Of a stretch of 64,000 nucleotides of DNA, positions 41,228 through 51,761 are shown one piece after another. The notes beneath the pieces were generated by a model, which saw only the letters and a program-made list of their open reading frames with translations, had not been told where the DNA came from and did not search any database. A program made the translations under genes and the position numbers. Each line of letters begins with the position of its first letter. Position 1 is the stretch's first letter. The stretch comes from Vulcanimicrobiota bacterium. GTDB taxonomy: Bacteria > Vulcanimicrobiota > Vulcanimicrobiia > Eremiobacterales > Eremiobacteraceae. The DNA lies in the NCBI GenBank assembly GCA_963812135.1, contig CAWETU010000001.1, positions 1,568,001-1,632,000 on the forward strand, written 5' to 3'.

Positions 41228-41587
41228 TCAGCGGTGCCATAGGGCCGTACCGAACAACAACGCGCCGACCGCGATCGCCGCGAGGCTGGCCGCGAGCACC
41301 GCGGCGGCTCCCGCGTGCTTCGCCCGGCGTGCGTGCTCGTTTTCCTCCGGTGCCGCGCAATCGACCGTATGCTCCAGCGCGGTGTTGAACAACTCGGCGG
41401 CCAGCACTGCGCCGATGGTGAGCACGAGCACGGCTAAGCGGAGCGCGTCGAAATGCAACAGCGCAGCAGCGACGATCACCACGATGGCGACCACCGCTTG
41501 AATGCGCAGATTGCGCTGGGTTCTCAGCGACGCCGTCAGGCCATCCGTGGCGTCGGCGAGCGCCTGGCCAAACGAGCGGTCAGGCAT
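41228..41587 (-). CDS. dgkA: Diacylglycerol/undecaprenol kinase family
   Basis: QRNLRIQ, AELFNTALEHTVD, AKHAGAAAVL. Confidence 0.88.
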   Translation of the reverse strand: MPDRSFGQALADATDGLTASLRTQRNLRIQAVVAIVVIVAAALLHFDALRLAVLVLTIGAVLAAELFNTALEHTVDCAAPEENEHARRAKHAGAAAVLAASLAAIAVGALLFGTALWHR

Positions 41588-42036
41588 CGTCGCGCAGCTC
41601 TGCCAACAACCGGCGAGTCAGCGAGTGCATGCGCGCGGCTTCCCGGCGCGTGTGGTGGTCGTGACCGCACAAGTGGAGCGCCCCGTGCACGATCAGCCGG
41701 GTGATCTCCTCGCCGAGCGTGGCGTCATAGTCGCGCGCTTGCCGGCGCGCGGCGTCGACCGAGACGACGATGTCGCCGAACGGCTCGCCCGGCGTGGCGC
41801 CGGTGCCAAGATCGAACGACAGCACGTCGGTCGTCGCATCGCGGCCGCGATAGCGCCGGTTGAGTTTGCGCACCGACTGCATCGCCAGCCAGCACCAGCG
41901 TCACGTCGCCGCGCACGTGCGGCGCGGCGCGCGCCAACGTGCGCAAGATCGCGCGCTCGAACGGGGCCGTGCGCTTCGGCGCGCCGCGAGCGCGCTTGAC
42001 GAAGACGCGCGGCCCGTCAACGTTTGCCGCGGGCAT
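41580..42036 (-). CDS. ybeY: rRNA maturation RNase YbeY (frameshift near 41878)
   Basis: [31 protein letters not shown]. The N-terminus lies in ORF 41725..42042. Confidence 0.88.
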
Positions 42037-42970
42037 AGGCATCGATGATGCGCCGGATGAGTGGATGGCGCACGATGTCGACGTCGGTCAACTGCACGAC
42101 CGCCGTGTCGGGGACGCCGTCGAAGAGCCGCGACGCCGCCACGAGGCCCGATTCCACCGACGACGGCAGATCGATCTGCGTCACGTCGCCGCACACCAGC
42201 ATACGCGAGCCCGCGCCGATGCGCGTGAGGAACATCTTCATCTGCTCGTTCGTCGTGTTCTGCGCTTCATCCAAGACGATGAACGATTCGGCCAGCGTGC
42301 GGCCGCGCATGTACGCCAGCGGGGCGACCTCGATCTGGCCGCGTTCGACCGCGCGCGTGACGGCTTGCGGCTCGAGGATCTCACCGAGCGCGTCGAATAG
42401 CGGGCGCAGATAGGGATCGACCTTCTCTTGCATGTCGCCCGGCAGGAAGCCGAGCTTCTCACCGGCCTCGACTGCCGGCCGCGAGAGCACGATTCGCTGC
42501 ACGCGACCGGCGCGAAGCGCCGCCAACGCGAGCACCACCGCGAGAAAGGTCTTGCCCGTACCGGCCGGGCCGATCGCCAAGCATAACGTGTTCGCGGCGA
42601 CCGCTTCGACCAATGCGCGCTGGCCCGGCGTCCTCGGCCGTATGGGCCGGCCACGGCGCGTCGTCGCAAGCGTTCCTTCGGACGTCTCCGGCTCGAGGCC
42701 ATCGCGTGCGGCGCGCAGCGCCAGCTCGACGTCGAGCGCGTTCACATCCGATCCGCTGCGCGCTGCTTTGATGAGGGTGTCGAGCGCCGACGACGCGATC
42801 GCCACGTGGCGCGGATCGCCGGTGATGACGACCTCATCGCCGTCGACGTGCAGCACGACGCCGGCACCGCGCTCAAGGTGTGTGAGATTGGTGTCGAACT
42901 CGCCGAACAAGCGCACGCGGTCTTCGAGACCGCGCATGCTCATCCGGGTTTCTGATTCAGCTTGCGCCAA
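42017..42970 (-). CDS. phoH: PhoH family ATPase (YbeZ)
   Basis: [38 protein letters not shown]. Confidence 0.95.
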   Translation of the reverse strand: MAQAESETRMSMRGLEDRVRLFGEFDTNLTHLERGAGVVLHVDGDEVVITGDPRHVAIASSALDTLIKAARSGSDVNALDVELALRAARDGLEPETSEGTLATTRRGRPIRPRTPGQRALVEAVAANTLCLAIGPAGTGKTFLAVVLALAALRAGRVQRIVLSRPAVEAGEKLGFLPGDMQEKVDPYLRPLFDALGEILEPQAVTRAVERGQIEVAPLAYMRGRTLAESFIVLDEAQNTTNEQMKMFLTRIGAGSRMLVCGDVTQIDLPSSVESGLVAASRLFDGVPDTAVVQLTDVDIVRHPLIRRIIDAYARGKR

Positions 42971-42993
42971 TGCTCGCCGCGGATCCTAGAGGC

Positions 42994-43602
42994 TCACCAG
43001 CCGCCAGGCTGCAGGGGCTCTTCGCGCAAGCCCGCGCACGTTCCGATGACGGCTTGGGCGACGATCGCAAACGCGAGGCCTGCCGGATTGTGGAACGCGG
43101 TCGCGGGCTCGCCGCCGACAAACGCGGTGGCGAGCAGAGGTTGTTGCGTGGTGGGCGCGAGCAGCGGCGCCATCAACGTCTGCGCGCCGGCACGCAGATC
43201 GAGGATCGACGATAACGTGCCCGTGAGCGCTTGGCCTGCGCTCACTTGCACCGCCGGTGATGCGGCCGCGGCACGGGCCGCGCTTACGGTCAGCGTCGCC
43301 GCCGCCTTGGCGGCTTGAATATCCGCTGCGACGTCGCGCAGCGCCGCTTCGACCCCAGTGGCGGACGTCGGGCTGCCAAAATCGCTCGTCGCCTGCGTGA
43401 GGTCCGCGCGAACTTCGTCGGTGATCTCGCGCGTCGCCGTGGACATGCGTCGCACTTGCGGCGACTGCTCGACGTCTTGTTCCGCGGCCGCGATCTCCGC
43501 AGGGGCGTTCGCTCTGACCTGTTTGAGCCCGCGCCGCAGTGCGGACACCGTGGTCGTCACGATCCAAAAGAGGATGATGGCGGCCCAGATCCACCCGCCC
43601 AT
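42994..43602 (-). CDS. Membrane-anchored hypothetical protein (yqfB position)
   Basis: N-terminal TM MGGWIWAAIILFWIV; lies between floA and phoH. Confidence 0.6.
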   Translation of the reverse strand: MGGWIWAAIILFWIVTTTVSALRRGLKQVRANAPAEIAAAEQDVEQSPQVRRMSTATREITDEVRADLTQATSDFGSPTSATGVEAALRDVAADIQAAKAAATLTVSAARAAAASPAVQVSAGQALTGTLSSILDLRAGAQTLMAPLLAPTTQQPLLATAFVGGEPATAFHNPAGLAFAIVAQAVIGTCAGLREEPLQPGGW

Positions 43603-43653
43603 GTCGGCGAGGTGCACTGGGCCGCCCGCGTTCGTGAGAACGGCCAGTACCAT

Positions 43654-44679
43654 CTAGGAGCCGGAGGCCGGCGGCGTCGTTGGCGGTGGGATGGTGCCGC
43701 TCGAACCGCTGCTCTGCGCACCGCCGCCCGAGATCGACTGACGCATCTCCGTATCCGCGAGGACGTTGCGCATGCGGTAGTAATCCATGACGCCCAAGTG
43801 GCCGCTGCGGAACGCGTCGGCGACAGCGGTCGGCACGAGCGCTTCGGCCTCGACGACCTTGGCGCGCATCGCCTGCGTCTGCGCCTTCATCTCTTGCTCT
43901 TGCGCGAGCGCGGCGTACTGCCGCTCTGCCGCTTTCGCCTGGGCGACACGCCGGTCGGCTTCGGCCTGCGCCGTCTGCAGATCGGCGCCGATGTTGCGCC
44001 CGACGTCGACGTCGGCGATGTCGATCGACACGATCTCAAACGCCGTGCCGGCATCGAGTCCTTTGGCGAGCACCGTCTTGCTGATGTGATCCGGGTTCTC
44101 GAGCACTTCTTTATAGATGTCGGAGCTGCCGATCGCCGCCACGACGCCCTCGCCCACGCGCGCGATGATGGTCGGTTCGCCGGCGCCGCCGACGTAACGC
44201 TCCATGTTGGTGCGCACCGTGATGCGCGCCTTGACGTTGAGCTGAATGCCGTCTTTCGCGACGCCTTGGAAGACCGGCGTCTCGATGACCTTGGGATTGA
44301 CCGAGGTCTGCACCGCGTCGAGCGGGCTGCGCCCGGCGAGATCGATGGCCGTCGCCTTGCCCCAATCGAGCGGAATGCCGGCGCGCTGCGCGGCGATGAG
44401 CGAGAGCACGTCGCGGTCCAGATGACCGCCCGACAGATACTGGGTGACGAGCATGTCAGACGTGATCGCGAGGCCGGCCTTGCGGCCGGTGATGAGCGAG
44501 TCCACGATGATCCCCGGCGGCACGCCCATGACGCGCATGCGCACCAGGCTGAAGATGCTCAGCGAGACGCCCGCCGCCAACGCCTTGATCCACCAGCGGA
44601 AATAGTTCAACAGCGTCACGAACGCGACGAGCAGGACGACGAGAAGGATGAAGATGCCGATACCGATCCCGAAAACCAT
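43654..44679 (-). CDS. floA: Flotillin-like protein FloA (YqfA)
   Basis: [45 protein letters not shown]. Confidence 0.93.
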   Translation of the reverse strand: MVFGIGIGIFILLVVLLVAFVTLLNYFRWWIKALAAGVSLSIFSLVRMRVMGVPPGIIVDSLITGRKAGLAITSDMLVTQYLSGGHLDRDVLSLIAAQRAGIPLDWGKATAIDLAGRSPLDAVQTSVNPKVIETPVFQGVAKDGIQLNVKARITVRTNMERYVGGAGEPTIIARVGEGVVAAIGSSDIYKEVLENPDHISKTVLAKGLDAGTAFEIVSIDIADVDVGRNIGADLQTAQAEADRRVAQAKAAERQYAALAQEQEMKAQTQAMRAKVVEAEALVPTAVADAFRSGHLGVMDYYRMRNVLADTEMRQSISGGGAQSSGSSGTIPPPTTPPASGS

Positions 44680-44688
44680 GAACGCTCC

Positions 44689-46023
44689 TTACGCTTCGCG
44701 CGTGACGAAGATGGTCGCGCCTTCGACGCGCGAGACGACGATGGGGGTCTGAGCCGGGATGAAGTCGCCGCGCGTCTGCACCTGATACCTGTTGCCGTCG
44801 ATCGATGCGACGCCGGCAGGGCGCAGATACGTCTCCGCGAGGCCGTGTTTGCCTACGAGATAATCGAGCGGTTTGGAAGTCGCGTAGCCGGCTTCGACCG
44901 ACTGCGCTCCCGCGAATGCGATGCGCCGCACGAATGCGCTCTCCGGCAGCCAGCGCAAGAGCACGAAGAACACGATGATCGCGAGCGCGAGCGAGGCGAA
45001 CGTGTAGAGAACGCCCTGGAACCAGAACGCTGCGCCAAACGCGAGCACGATGCTTGCGATGATGAGCAGCGCCCCGATCAATCCGGAGATGCCATGGCCG
45101 GGCAACACGTGCAGTTCGAACAGCAGCGCGACCACCCCGAGCCCGAAGAGCGCGAGAATGACCCAGTTCGACGCGCCTGCGATGATATGGCCGCCGAAGA
45201 AGAGTGCGAGCGCGGCGATGCCGATGATGCCGGCAACGAGATGCAGCGTCTGCATCTCGACGAACAGGCCGAGGAATCCGATGGTGAGCAGGATGCCCGA
45301 GACGATCGGGTCGGTGACGAATTGCGCGATGCGCTCGCCAAGCGACGGCTCGGTGGTCGCGAGCACCGCGTTGTGGATGCCGGCGCTCTCGAGCGCTGCG
45401 ACCGGTGTGTCCGCGACGCCGTCGATAAACTTCAGTTTGAGCGCCTGCTCGGCGGACAACGTGAGCAAGTGGCCTTTTGGTTTGATGCCGGGGATCTCGA
45501 CCGACGGATCGACCATCCCCATCGCGATCAGCGGATCGCGGTGATGCGCCTCGGCGAGCGATTGGAACTCGGCCTTCACCGCGGAGATCGCCTTCTCGCC
45601 GGCAGGCTGCGTCGTGCCGCCGCCGCCGATCAACACGGGTTCGGCCGCGCCGATCGACGACTCGGGCGCCATATAGATCTTGTCGCACGCCAGCGAGATC
45701 AACGCACCTGCGGACCACGCGCGATCCACATACGCGATCGTCGTCAGGCCCGAGGTGCGCAGCGCATCTTTGATGTCGTTGGCATCATCCACGAGACCGC
45801 CGTTGGTCTTGATCTGGAGCAGCAGCACGTTGGCGCCGCGCGCCTTCGCATCGTCGATCGCGCGCTGCACCCGATGCGCCATGCCGGCGTTGATCGTGCC
45901 GTCGATCTGCACGATTTGCACGTTAGTCGCGCGCGTGGTGGCAGCGCCGGCGAGGCCGACCGCGCCGAGCACCATCGCGACCAGCGATGCGACGAGGATG
46001 ATCATGCGAAAGCGATGCGTCAC
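44689..46023 (-). CDS. NfeD family membrane serine protease (YqeZ-like)
   Basis: TNGG.V, AWSAGALI, SIGAAEP ClpP-like domain, TM block, LRPAG OB-fold C-terminus. Confidence 0.9.
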   Translation of the reverse strand: MTHRFRMIILVASLVAMVLGAVGLAGAATTRATNVQIVQIDGTINAGMAHRVQRAIDDAKARGANVLLLQIKTNGGLVDDANDIKDALRTSGLTTIAYVDRAWSAGALISLACDKIYMAPESSIGAAEPVLIGGGGTTQPAGEKAISAVKAEFQSLAEAHHRDPLIAMGMVDPSVEIPGIKPKGHLLTLSAEQALKLKFIDGVADTPVAALESAGIHNAVLATTEPSLGERIAQFVTDPIVSGILLTIGFLGLFVEMQTLHLVAGIIGIAALALFFGGHIIAGASNWVILALFGLGVVALLFELHVLPGHGISGLIGALLIIASIVLAFGAAFWFQGVLYTFASLALAIIVFFVLLRWLPESAFVRRIAFAGAQSVEAGYATSKPLDYLVGKHGLAETYLRPAGVASIDGNRYQVQTRGDFIPAQTPIVVSRVEGATIFVTREA

Positions 46024-46475
46024 GTTTTGCCTGCCATCGCGGTCTTGACCGCTTCTTGGATCGCCTTGCCGTTCGCGCGCTTGGCGAGCGCGGGCATGAC
46101 GGCTTTCATGGCGTCGCCGAACTTGGCGTCGGGCGCGAGGCGCGCGATGATGCTGGCAACTTCCGCTTGCAATTGCGCGGGTGATAGGTCGGCGGGTAGA
46201 TATTCTTTGAGGATCTCGCGCTCGCGCTTCTCTTTGTCGGCGAGATCGGTGCGGCCGGCCTTTGAGAACTCCTCGATCGAATCTTCGCGCTGCTTGACCT
46301 GCTTGCGCACGACGTCTTCTTGCTCTTCGCTCGAAAGGGCTGCGCTGCGCTCGATGCGGCGATAGTTCATCGCTGAGATGGCCATACGCAGCGTCGCCAT
46401 GCGGTCGGCGTCGCGTGCCTTCATCGCCGCTTTCAGGTCATCGCCCAGGCGGTCGACGATGCTTTTGTCTTCCAT
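46020..46475 (-). CDS. yqeY: GatB/YqeY domain protein
   Basis: LKAAMKARD, KQVKQREDSI..F..AGR.DLA.KE..E..IL..YLP. Confidence 0.92.
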   Translation of the reverse strand: MEDKSIVDRLGDDLKAAMKARDADRMATLRMAISAMNYRRIERSAALSSEEQEDVVRKQVKQREDSIEEFSKAGRTDLADKEKREREILKEYLPADLSPAQLQAEVASIIARLAPDAKFGDAMKAVMPALAKRANGKAIQEAVKTAMAGKT

Positions 46476-46495
46476 TGTCCTACGTACAAAGATTA

Positions 46496-46519
46496 GGGGC
46501 GACCGGTGGTCGCCCCCTC
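46496..46519. repeat. Palindrome downstream of rpsU (terminator-like or REP-like)
   Basis: AGGGGCGACC-GGT-GGTCGCCCC inverted repeat. Confidence 0.5.
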
Positions 46520-46535
46520 TGCGTTGCGGTTTCGC

Positions 46536-46706
46536 CTACGATCGGCGCTTGCGCGCCGCGGCGGATTTCTTTTTGCGGCGCACGCTCGGTTTTTCGTAGT
46601 GCTCGTGGCGGCGCGCTTCGGCGAGGACGCCTGACTTTTGGCACATCTTCTTGAAGCGTTTGAGGGCGCTGTCGATCGATTCGTTCGGACCGACTCTCGT
46701 TTCCAT
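46536..46706 (-). CDS. rpsU: 30S ribosomal protein S21
   Basis: Manual translation [56 protein letters not shown] (56 aa, below the ORF-track cutoff). Confidence 0.97.
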   Translation of the reverse strand: METRVGPNESIDSALKRFKKMCQKSGVLAEARRHEHYEKPSVRRKKKSAAARKRRS

Positions 46707-46891
46707 TCTGGGACACCCCCTTTTCGCTTTTCAGCCCGGTGCGGCCGGGCAACAACAGCCGTTTTTAGACGCGGAATGCGGGCCCGCTGGCCCGCACTAT
46801 CGCTTTCTCCAGCTATATTCGCCGGGGGGCAAAACCCGCCCTTGCGAGGCGTTTTCACGCTCGCCAAAGGGTGTTGGTGTCCCGCGTTTCG

Positions 46892-47335
46892 CTAGCTGTT
46901 GACCGCCTCGTAGAAGGCCTGAAGGTCTTCGAGGCTATTCAGCGTGACGGCGTCCTTGACGTCTGCGCGCTTCAATCCGGTCCATCCCCGGATTCTGTTG
47001 GCCGTCTCGTCGCCGTGGTTGTATCCGCGCACGTTCTCGTTGTGTTTGCGGACCGTATCCGGATCGGTTTTGCCGTGCGCGATGACCCACTCTTCGAACT
47101 CCACGTAGGTCGGCTTTTTCGATCGCACATACGCGACGACGTCTTCTTTTTTGAGTCCGAGATCGTTGACGGTCAGTTGGTCAAACCCGCTGCCGAAGGC
47201 GTCGTAGTCTTCCGGCAGCCTGCCGGCGGCATCTAGGGTGAGCTTCGCCCACAGGCGCGGCAGATGGATAGCGCCCAACGGTCCTGCCGTGCCCGAGCTG
47301 ACCAATGGGATGATGTGCGTTGCGGTGGTAGCCAT
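46892..47335 (-). CDS. DUF5069-like protein
   Basis: GPLG..HLPRLWAK......G.LP.DY...G.GFD.....LG...EF..WV pattern. Confidence 0.7.
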   Translation of the reverse strand: MATTATHIIPLVSSGTAGPLGAIHLPRLWAKLTLDAAGRLPEDYDAFGSGFDQLTVNDLGLKKEDVVAYVRSKKPTYVEFEEWVIAHGKTDPDTVRKHNENVRGYNHGDETANRIRGWTGLKRADVKDAVTLNSLEDLQAFYEAVNS

Positions 47336-47336
47336 G

Positions 47337-48236
47337 TCAATTCGCTCCTTTAGGTGCGTGTCGTGAACGAAACGTCAATTCGGCGACGCCTGATTTATCA
47401 AGCTCGCCGAGGCCGGCGTCCATCATCGCCTTGTACTGCTGCTCCGTCGCTTCGGCGAGCGGGAGGCGCAGGCCAGCCGCTTGCGCGAGCGACAACGCGA
47501 TGCCGGAATCTTTCGCAGCGTGCGCGGCTGAGAAGTACACTTCGTGCTCGCGGTTCTGCATGTCGGCGCCGTCTGTCTCGAGGACCCGCGAGTTGGCTCC
47601 TGTCTGGCTGAACACCTCGCGCACCATGTCGAGATCGAGCCCGAGCGCGTCGGCAAGGCCGAGCCCCTCCGCGAGTCCGGCGGTGTTGATGTTCATGACC
47701 ATGTTGACGAGCGCCTTGACCTTCGCCGCGGATCCCGCAGGACCGATGTACTTGAGCGAGGAGCTCATCTTCTCCAGCATCGGCCGCGCGCGTTCGAATG
47801 CCTCGCGCGTGCCGCCGCACATCAAGTAAAGCGTGCCGTTGCGTGCCTGCGGGATCGAGCTTGCCATGCACGCTTCGAGCGACTGTGCGCCCGCCGCCGA
47901 TGCGGCCGCTTCGACCTCGACGTGCACGCCGGGCGATACCGTCGCGCAGTTGACGAACAACCGGCCGTTCGCACCCGACAACAAGCTGTCGTCGGATCGC
48001 GCGAAGATCTCCCGCATCGAGCGGTCGTCGCTCACCACGGTGACGATCGTATCCGCGGCGCCGGTGACGGCTGCCAGCGACGGGGCTGCGACCGCGCCGA
48101 GCTCCGCAGCCACCTGCGCGCCGACGTCCGGCCGCGCGTCGAACACCGCCGCGACCGGATACCCCACGTCTTTGAGCCGCCGCCCGATGTTGGCGCCCAT
48201 GCGCCCGGCGCCGACGATCCCGATCTTCTCTTTCAT
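47337..48236 (-). CDS. NAD(P)-dependent beta-hydroxyacid dehydrogenase family (HIBADH/6PGD-like)
   Basis: IGIVGAGRMG, NCATVSP, GTLYLMCGG, catalytic Lys in AKVKALVN. Confidence 0.85.
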   Translation of the reverse strand: MKEKIGIVGAGRMGANIGRRLKDVGYPVAAVFDARPDVGAQVAAELGAVAAPSLAAVTGAADTIVTVVSDDRSMREIFARSDDSLLSGANGRLFVNCATVSPGVHVEVEAAASAAGAQSLEACMASSIPQARNGTLYLMCGGTREAFERARPMLEKMSSSLKYIGPAGSAAKVKALVNMVMNINTAGLAEGLGLADALGLDLDMVREVFSQTGANSRVLETDGADMQNREHEVYFSAAHAAKDSGIALSLAQAAGLRLPLAEATEQQYKAMMDAGLGELDKSGVAELTFRSRHAPKGAN

Positions 48237-48246
48237 CTCGCCCTCC

Positions 48247-48594
48247 TCAGCCGGGCGGCCAAGCGAAATGCCGGCCAGAGACGACGTGCACGTGCAAATG
48301 GTAGACGGTCTGTCCGGCGGCGGCGCCGTTGTTGATCACGACGCGGTAACCGCGCTCGCCTCCGCGCGCCGCGCCGAGATCGCCCGCGACCTTGAGCAGC
48401 TTGCCGAGCAGCTCCGGCGCGCCGTCGCCGATCGCGTCGGTGAGCGTGGCATGGTGCTCGCGCGGCACGACGAGGATGTGTTCGGGCGCGATCGGCCGGG
48501 CATCGGCAAAGGCGACCACCTGGTCATCCTCATACAAGAATTCGGTTTTGATCTTGCCTGCGATGATGTCGCAGAACACGCATGCATCCGCCAT
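48247..48594 (-). CDS. HIT (histidine triad) nucleotide-binding protein
   Basis: CVFCDI, GQTVYHLHVH, WPPG. Confidence 0.95.
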   Translation of the reverse strand: MADACVFCDIIAGKIKTEFLYEDDQVVAFADARPIAPEHILVVPREHHATLTDAIGDGAPELLGKLLKVAGDLGAARGGERGYRVVINNGAAAGQTVYHLHVHVVSGRHFAWPPG

Positions 48595-48597
48595 CGG

Positions 48598-50199
48598 CTA
48601 CTGTGCGATCCACATGTCTTGGAACAGTTCCGCGCTGTCGGGATGCGGCACGTAGCCTTTGACTTTGACATTGAACGAGATCGGCGGGCTGGTGTGCGCG
48701 AGCGGCACGCACGGCGCCTGGTCGTGCACTAAGGTGAGCGCCTGCTTGTATAAGGCCGAGCGTCTGCTCTTGTCGGTGACCACCTGAGCCTGCGTGACGA
48801 GTTGATGGAAGCGCGGATCTTTCCAGAAGCACACGTTTTGGGCGCCCGGCGGCGTCGCCGAATCGCGGTCCAGCAGCACGTAGAGATAGTTGTCCGGGTC
48901 GCCGTTGTCGCCGCTCCAGCCGAACAGCGCCATGTCCGCTTCGGCGTTCTGCACGCGCTGCAAGTACGTCCCCCACTCGAACCCTTCCAGTGTCGCGTTG
49001 ATGCCGACGGATTTGAGATTCGCCTGGATCGCTTCGGCCACGCGTTGCGGTTCCGGCAGATATGGTCGTGGCAGCGACATGTACCAAAGCGTCGTCGAGA
49101 ATCCGTTCGGGTAACCCGCCTTGGCGAGCAGCGCGCGCGCATCGGCTGGATCGTACGGGTAGGACACCTTGATGCCGTGCGGCCACACCGCGTCGGGCAA
49201 GAACTCGTCGGCGACTTGCGCGCTCGGGTCGTAGAAGTTCTTCACGATCGCTTTGGCATCGATCGCCTCGTTGATCGCGCGGCGCACCAGCACGTTGTCG
49301 AACGGCCGCCGGCCGTTGTTCAACGCGAGGTACATCACGTTGTTGGGAGGCATGTGGTAGAGCGCGAGCGCTTTGTCTTTTGCGATGAGCGGCAGATCGT
49401 TCGGCTGCGGGTATTCCCAACCGTCGATCTCGCCCTTCTGCAGCGCGATCAAGCTCGATGAAGGATCGGGGATGTCGCGCAAGATGACGGTTTGGATGCG
49501 CGGTTTGGCGCCCCAATATCCGTCGAACGCTTTGAGGGTGATGTGGTCGTCCTTCACCCAGTCAGTCACCTGGTACGGCCCGGTGCCGATGGGCTCGCGG
49601 AAGTAATCCGCACCCCTGGCCTTCATCGCCGCCGGCGACGACATCGCGAACGCGGGCATGGCGAGATTGGCGAGCATCGGCGCGACGGGTTTCGTCAAGA
49701 CGATCTGCACCTTGTCTGGGGCAAGCACCCGTACGTCCCTGATGACGCCGGGCAAACCGCCGAACTGATCCTGGTAGTACGAATAGTCGCCTTTGAGCTG
49801 GACGTGCAGCGGATCGTCTTTGAGGCGCCAGCGATCGATATTGGTCTTGACCGCCGCGGCGTCGAAGCCGGTGCCGTCTTGGAATTTGACGTTGTGGCGC
49901 AGCACGAACGTCCAGGTGCGGCCGTCGGGCGAGAGCGTCCACGAGGTGGCGAGCCACGGCCGGATGTCAAAGGAGCCGGGCGCGTATTGCGTCAGCCCCT
50001 CCATCGTCGCGCGCGCGACGTTGAGCGACATGCCATCGGTGGCGACCGCTGGGTCGAGCTTGACCGCGTCCTTGTTACGGCCGAACACGAGCGTTTGCGA
50101 ACCGTTGCCTTGTTGCGCGCAACCGGCGCATGTAAGGAGCGCGGCGGCCGCGAGGCCTGCGAGCGCTGCGCGGCCGCGTGCGGTGAAGCGCGCGCTCAT
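48598..50199 (-). CDS. Peptide/nickel ABC transporter substrate-binding lipoprotein (family 5, DppA-like)
   Basis: LDPA, LATSW..SPDG..WTF.LR..VKFQDG, PIGTGPY, VRRAI..AID. Confidence 0.92.
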   Translation of the reverse strand: MSARFTARGRAALAGLAAAALLTCAGCAQQGNGSQTLVFGRNKDAVKLDPAVATDGMSLNVARATMEGLTQYAPGSFDIRPWLATSWTLSPDGRTWTFVLRHNVKFQDGTGFDAAAVKTNIDRWRLKDDPLHVQLKGDYSYYQDQFGGLPGVIRDVRVLAPDKVQIVLTKPVAPMLANLAMPAFAMSSPAAMKARGADYFREPIGTGPYQVTDWVKDDHITLKAFDGYWGAKPRIQTVILRDIPDPSSSLIALQKGEIDGWEYPQPNDLPLIAKDKALALYHMPPNNVMYLALNNGRRPFDNVLVRRAINEAIDAKAIVKNFYDPSAQVADEFLPDAVWPHGIKVSYPYDPADARALLAKAGYPNGFSTTLWYMSLPRPYLPEPQRVAEAIQANLKSVGINATLEGFEWGTYLQRVQNAEADMALFGWSGDNGDPDNYLYVLLDRDSATPPGAQNVCFWKDPRFHQLVTQAQVVTDKSRRSALYKQALTLVHDQAPCVPLAHTSPPISFNVKVKGYVPHPDSAELFQDMWIAQ

Positions 50200-51761
50200 C
50201 GGCTGGAGATCACGAACGACCACGAGTAATCGAGCGCGTTGCCGGCGACGTCGGCGCCTCTCACGCGGACCGCGATCGTGCCTTCGTGCAGGTCGGCGAC
50301 CGGAAAATAGGAGATAAACGCGCCCGTGCGGGTCGATTGCGACGTGACATCTTTGCCGTCGACGAGCAGCTGCAGGCTGCCGGCGTCCATGCCTTTGCCG
50401 CCGAGCGTCTCAAACGTGACGTAGATGCTTGGGCGCAAGGAATTCACGCGCGCGCCCGTGCCCGGTGCGGTCTCTTTGACTTGCGGGGGTTCGGTGATGA
50501 TGTTGAGCGGCTGCGGTCCGACGGCGTGCGCGGTCTGGCCGCCTTTGGTCAGCGTCACCAAGATCGGCGCGTCGATGAGGTTCGTGCCGACCTGCACCGT
50601 GTACGTCCCCTCGTAATGCCCTGGGCGGACTTCGCGCATAGGGGTGGCGAGGATCACGTTGCTCAGATCAAACGATGCGGTGCCGCCTGATGTGCCGTCA
50701 AACGCGACGTCAACCGCTTGGCCGACGTGGAACGGATGATCCGTCCGCGCGAAGACATCGCTGATCTGCAGCGTCTGCGGGTTGGTCGTATCCGGCGGAG
50801 CCGTCGCAGTGGTGGCCGCTGGACGCCCCGGCGTGAACGCGACGACTTCGCGGACTTTGCCCGTGCGTGGATCGGAGCGCACGGTCACGATGTCGCCGCT
50901 GTGAAGATCGGCCATCGTGGCGGCTTTGCCGTCGAGCGTCACGCTCGTGGCGTGCTCGTCGGTGGCGATGACGCGGCCGCTCGCGAGCACCATATTCTGG
51001 CCGGCCACGCTGGCGATGGTGCCGCTGACGCCGGAGAACACGTCGGACATGGAAAGCACGCGGCCTTGCGAGTCGAGCGTCGCGAGCAACGTGTCTCCGG
51101 GCTTCACTTGCGCGAGAGTGCCGTCGCCGGCCACCGTGCCGTGCGTGTCGCGGAACTGCACCTTGGTGTTGGGCGGCACGGTGATGGTGTACGTCATCCC
51201 TTTGACGTCGATGTCCACAGAGGGCACGTCGGCGTTGGACGTCACGGTGGTCACGGTGCCTTCGAGCGTGTTGGCCGATTGGATCGGCGGTGCGGTCGGC
51301 GCGCCGTGCGGCGCAGATGGGCCGGCGAGCACCATGACGATCTCGTGCTTGGCTGCGTCGACTTTGAGGTTGGCGCCGAGCGCGTCCGCCAAGCCGCGCA
51401 GCGGCAACATGACGCGGCCGCCGACTTGCCTCGCAGGCGCCTCGAGTTTCTTGGGCTCGCCGTTGACGGTGACCGTCGGGTCATCGATGTGGAAGACCAT
51501 TTGGAGCAGCACGGTCGTGACGGTGACCTGCTTGCTCTTCGCATCGTAGTGGATGTCCGCGCCCAGCGCCTCGCCGACCGGACGCAGCGCGACGTACGTG
51601 CGCTGGTCCACTTGTGCGACCGCATCAGGAGCGAGCACGGTGCCGTTGACCACGATCGTGTCGGCGGCCGCGCGCGCCGCAACGGACGTCGCGATCGCGA
51701 CCGAAACGAGCGCCGCGCACATGAGGGCCGCTCGCCGCGCAAGATTCAACGCGCTAGACAT
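50196..51761 (-). CDS. Secreted protein with copper amine oxidase N-terminal (stalk) domain
   Basis: Signal peptide; RTYVALRPVGEALGA and GRVMLPLRGLADALGA motifs; beta-rich C-terminus. Confidence 0.8.
   Translation of the reverse strand: MSSALNLARRAALMCAALVSVAIATSVAARAAADTIVVNGTVLAPDAVAQVDQRTYVALRPVGEALGADIHYDAKSKQVTVTTVLLQMVFHIDDPTVTVNGEPKKLEAPARQVGGRVMLPLRGLADALGANLKVDAAKHEIVMVLAGPSAPHGAPTAPPIQSANTLEGTVTTVTSNADVPSVDIDVKGMTYTITVPPNTKVQFRDTHGTVAGDGTLAQVKPGDTLLATLDSQGRVLSMSDVFSGVSGTIASVAGQNMVLASGRVIATDEHATSVTLDGKAATMADLHSGDIVTVRSDPRTGKVREVVAFTPGRPAATTATAPPDTTNPQTLQISDVFARTDHPFHVGQAVDVAFDGTSGGTASFDLSNVILATPMREVRPGHYEGTYTVQVGTNLIDAPILVTLTKGGQTAHAVGPQPLNIITEPPQVKETAPGTGARVNSLRPSIYVTFETLGGKGMDAGSLQLLVDGKDVTSQSTRTGAFISYFPVADLHEGTIAVRVRGADVAGNALDYSWSFVISSR

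Noticed and set aside
43315..46365. 1016-aa plus-strand ORF (also 53649..55514, 30301..32076, 14865..16070 and similar)
   Set aside because: Antisense shadows of real genes (nfeD/floA, pyrG, lepA, clpX) caused by high-GC codon bias; no motifs.
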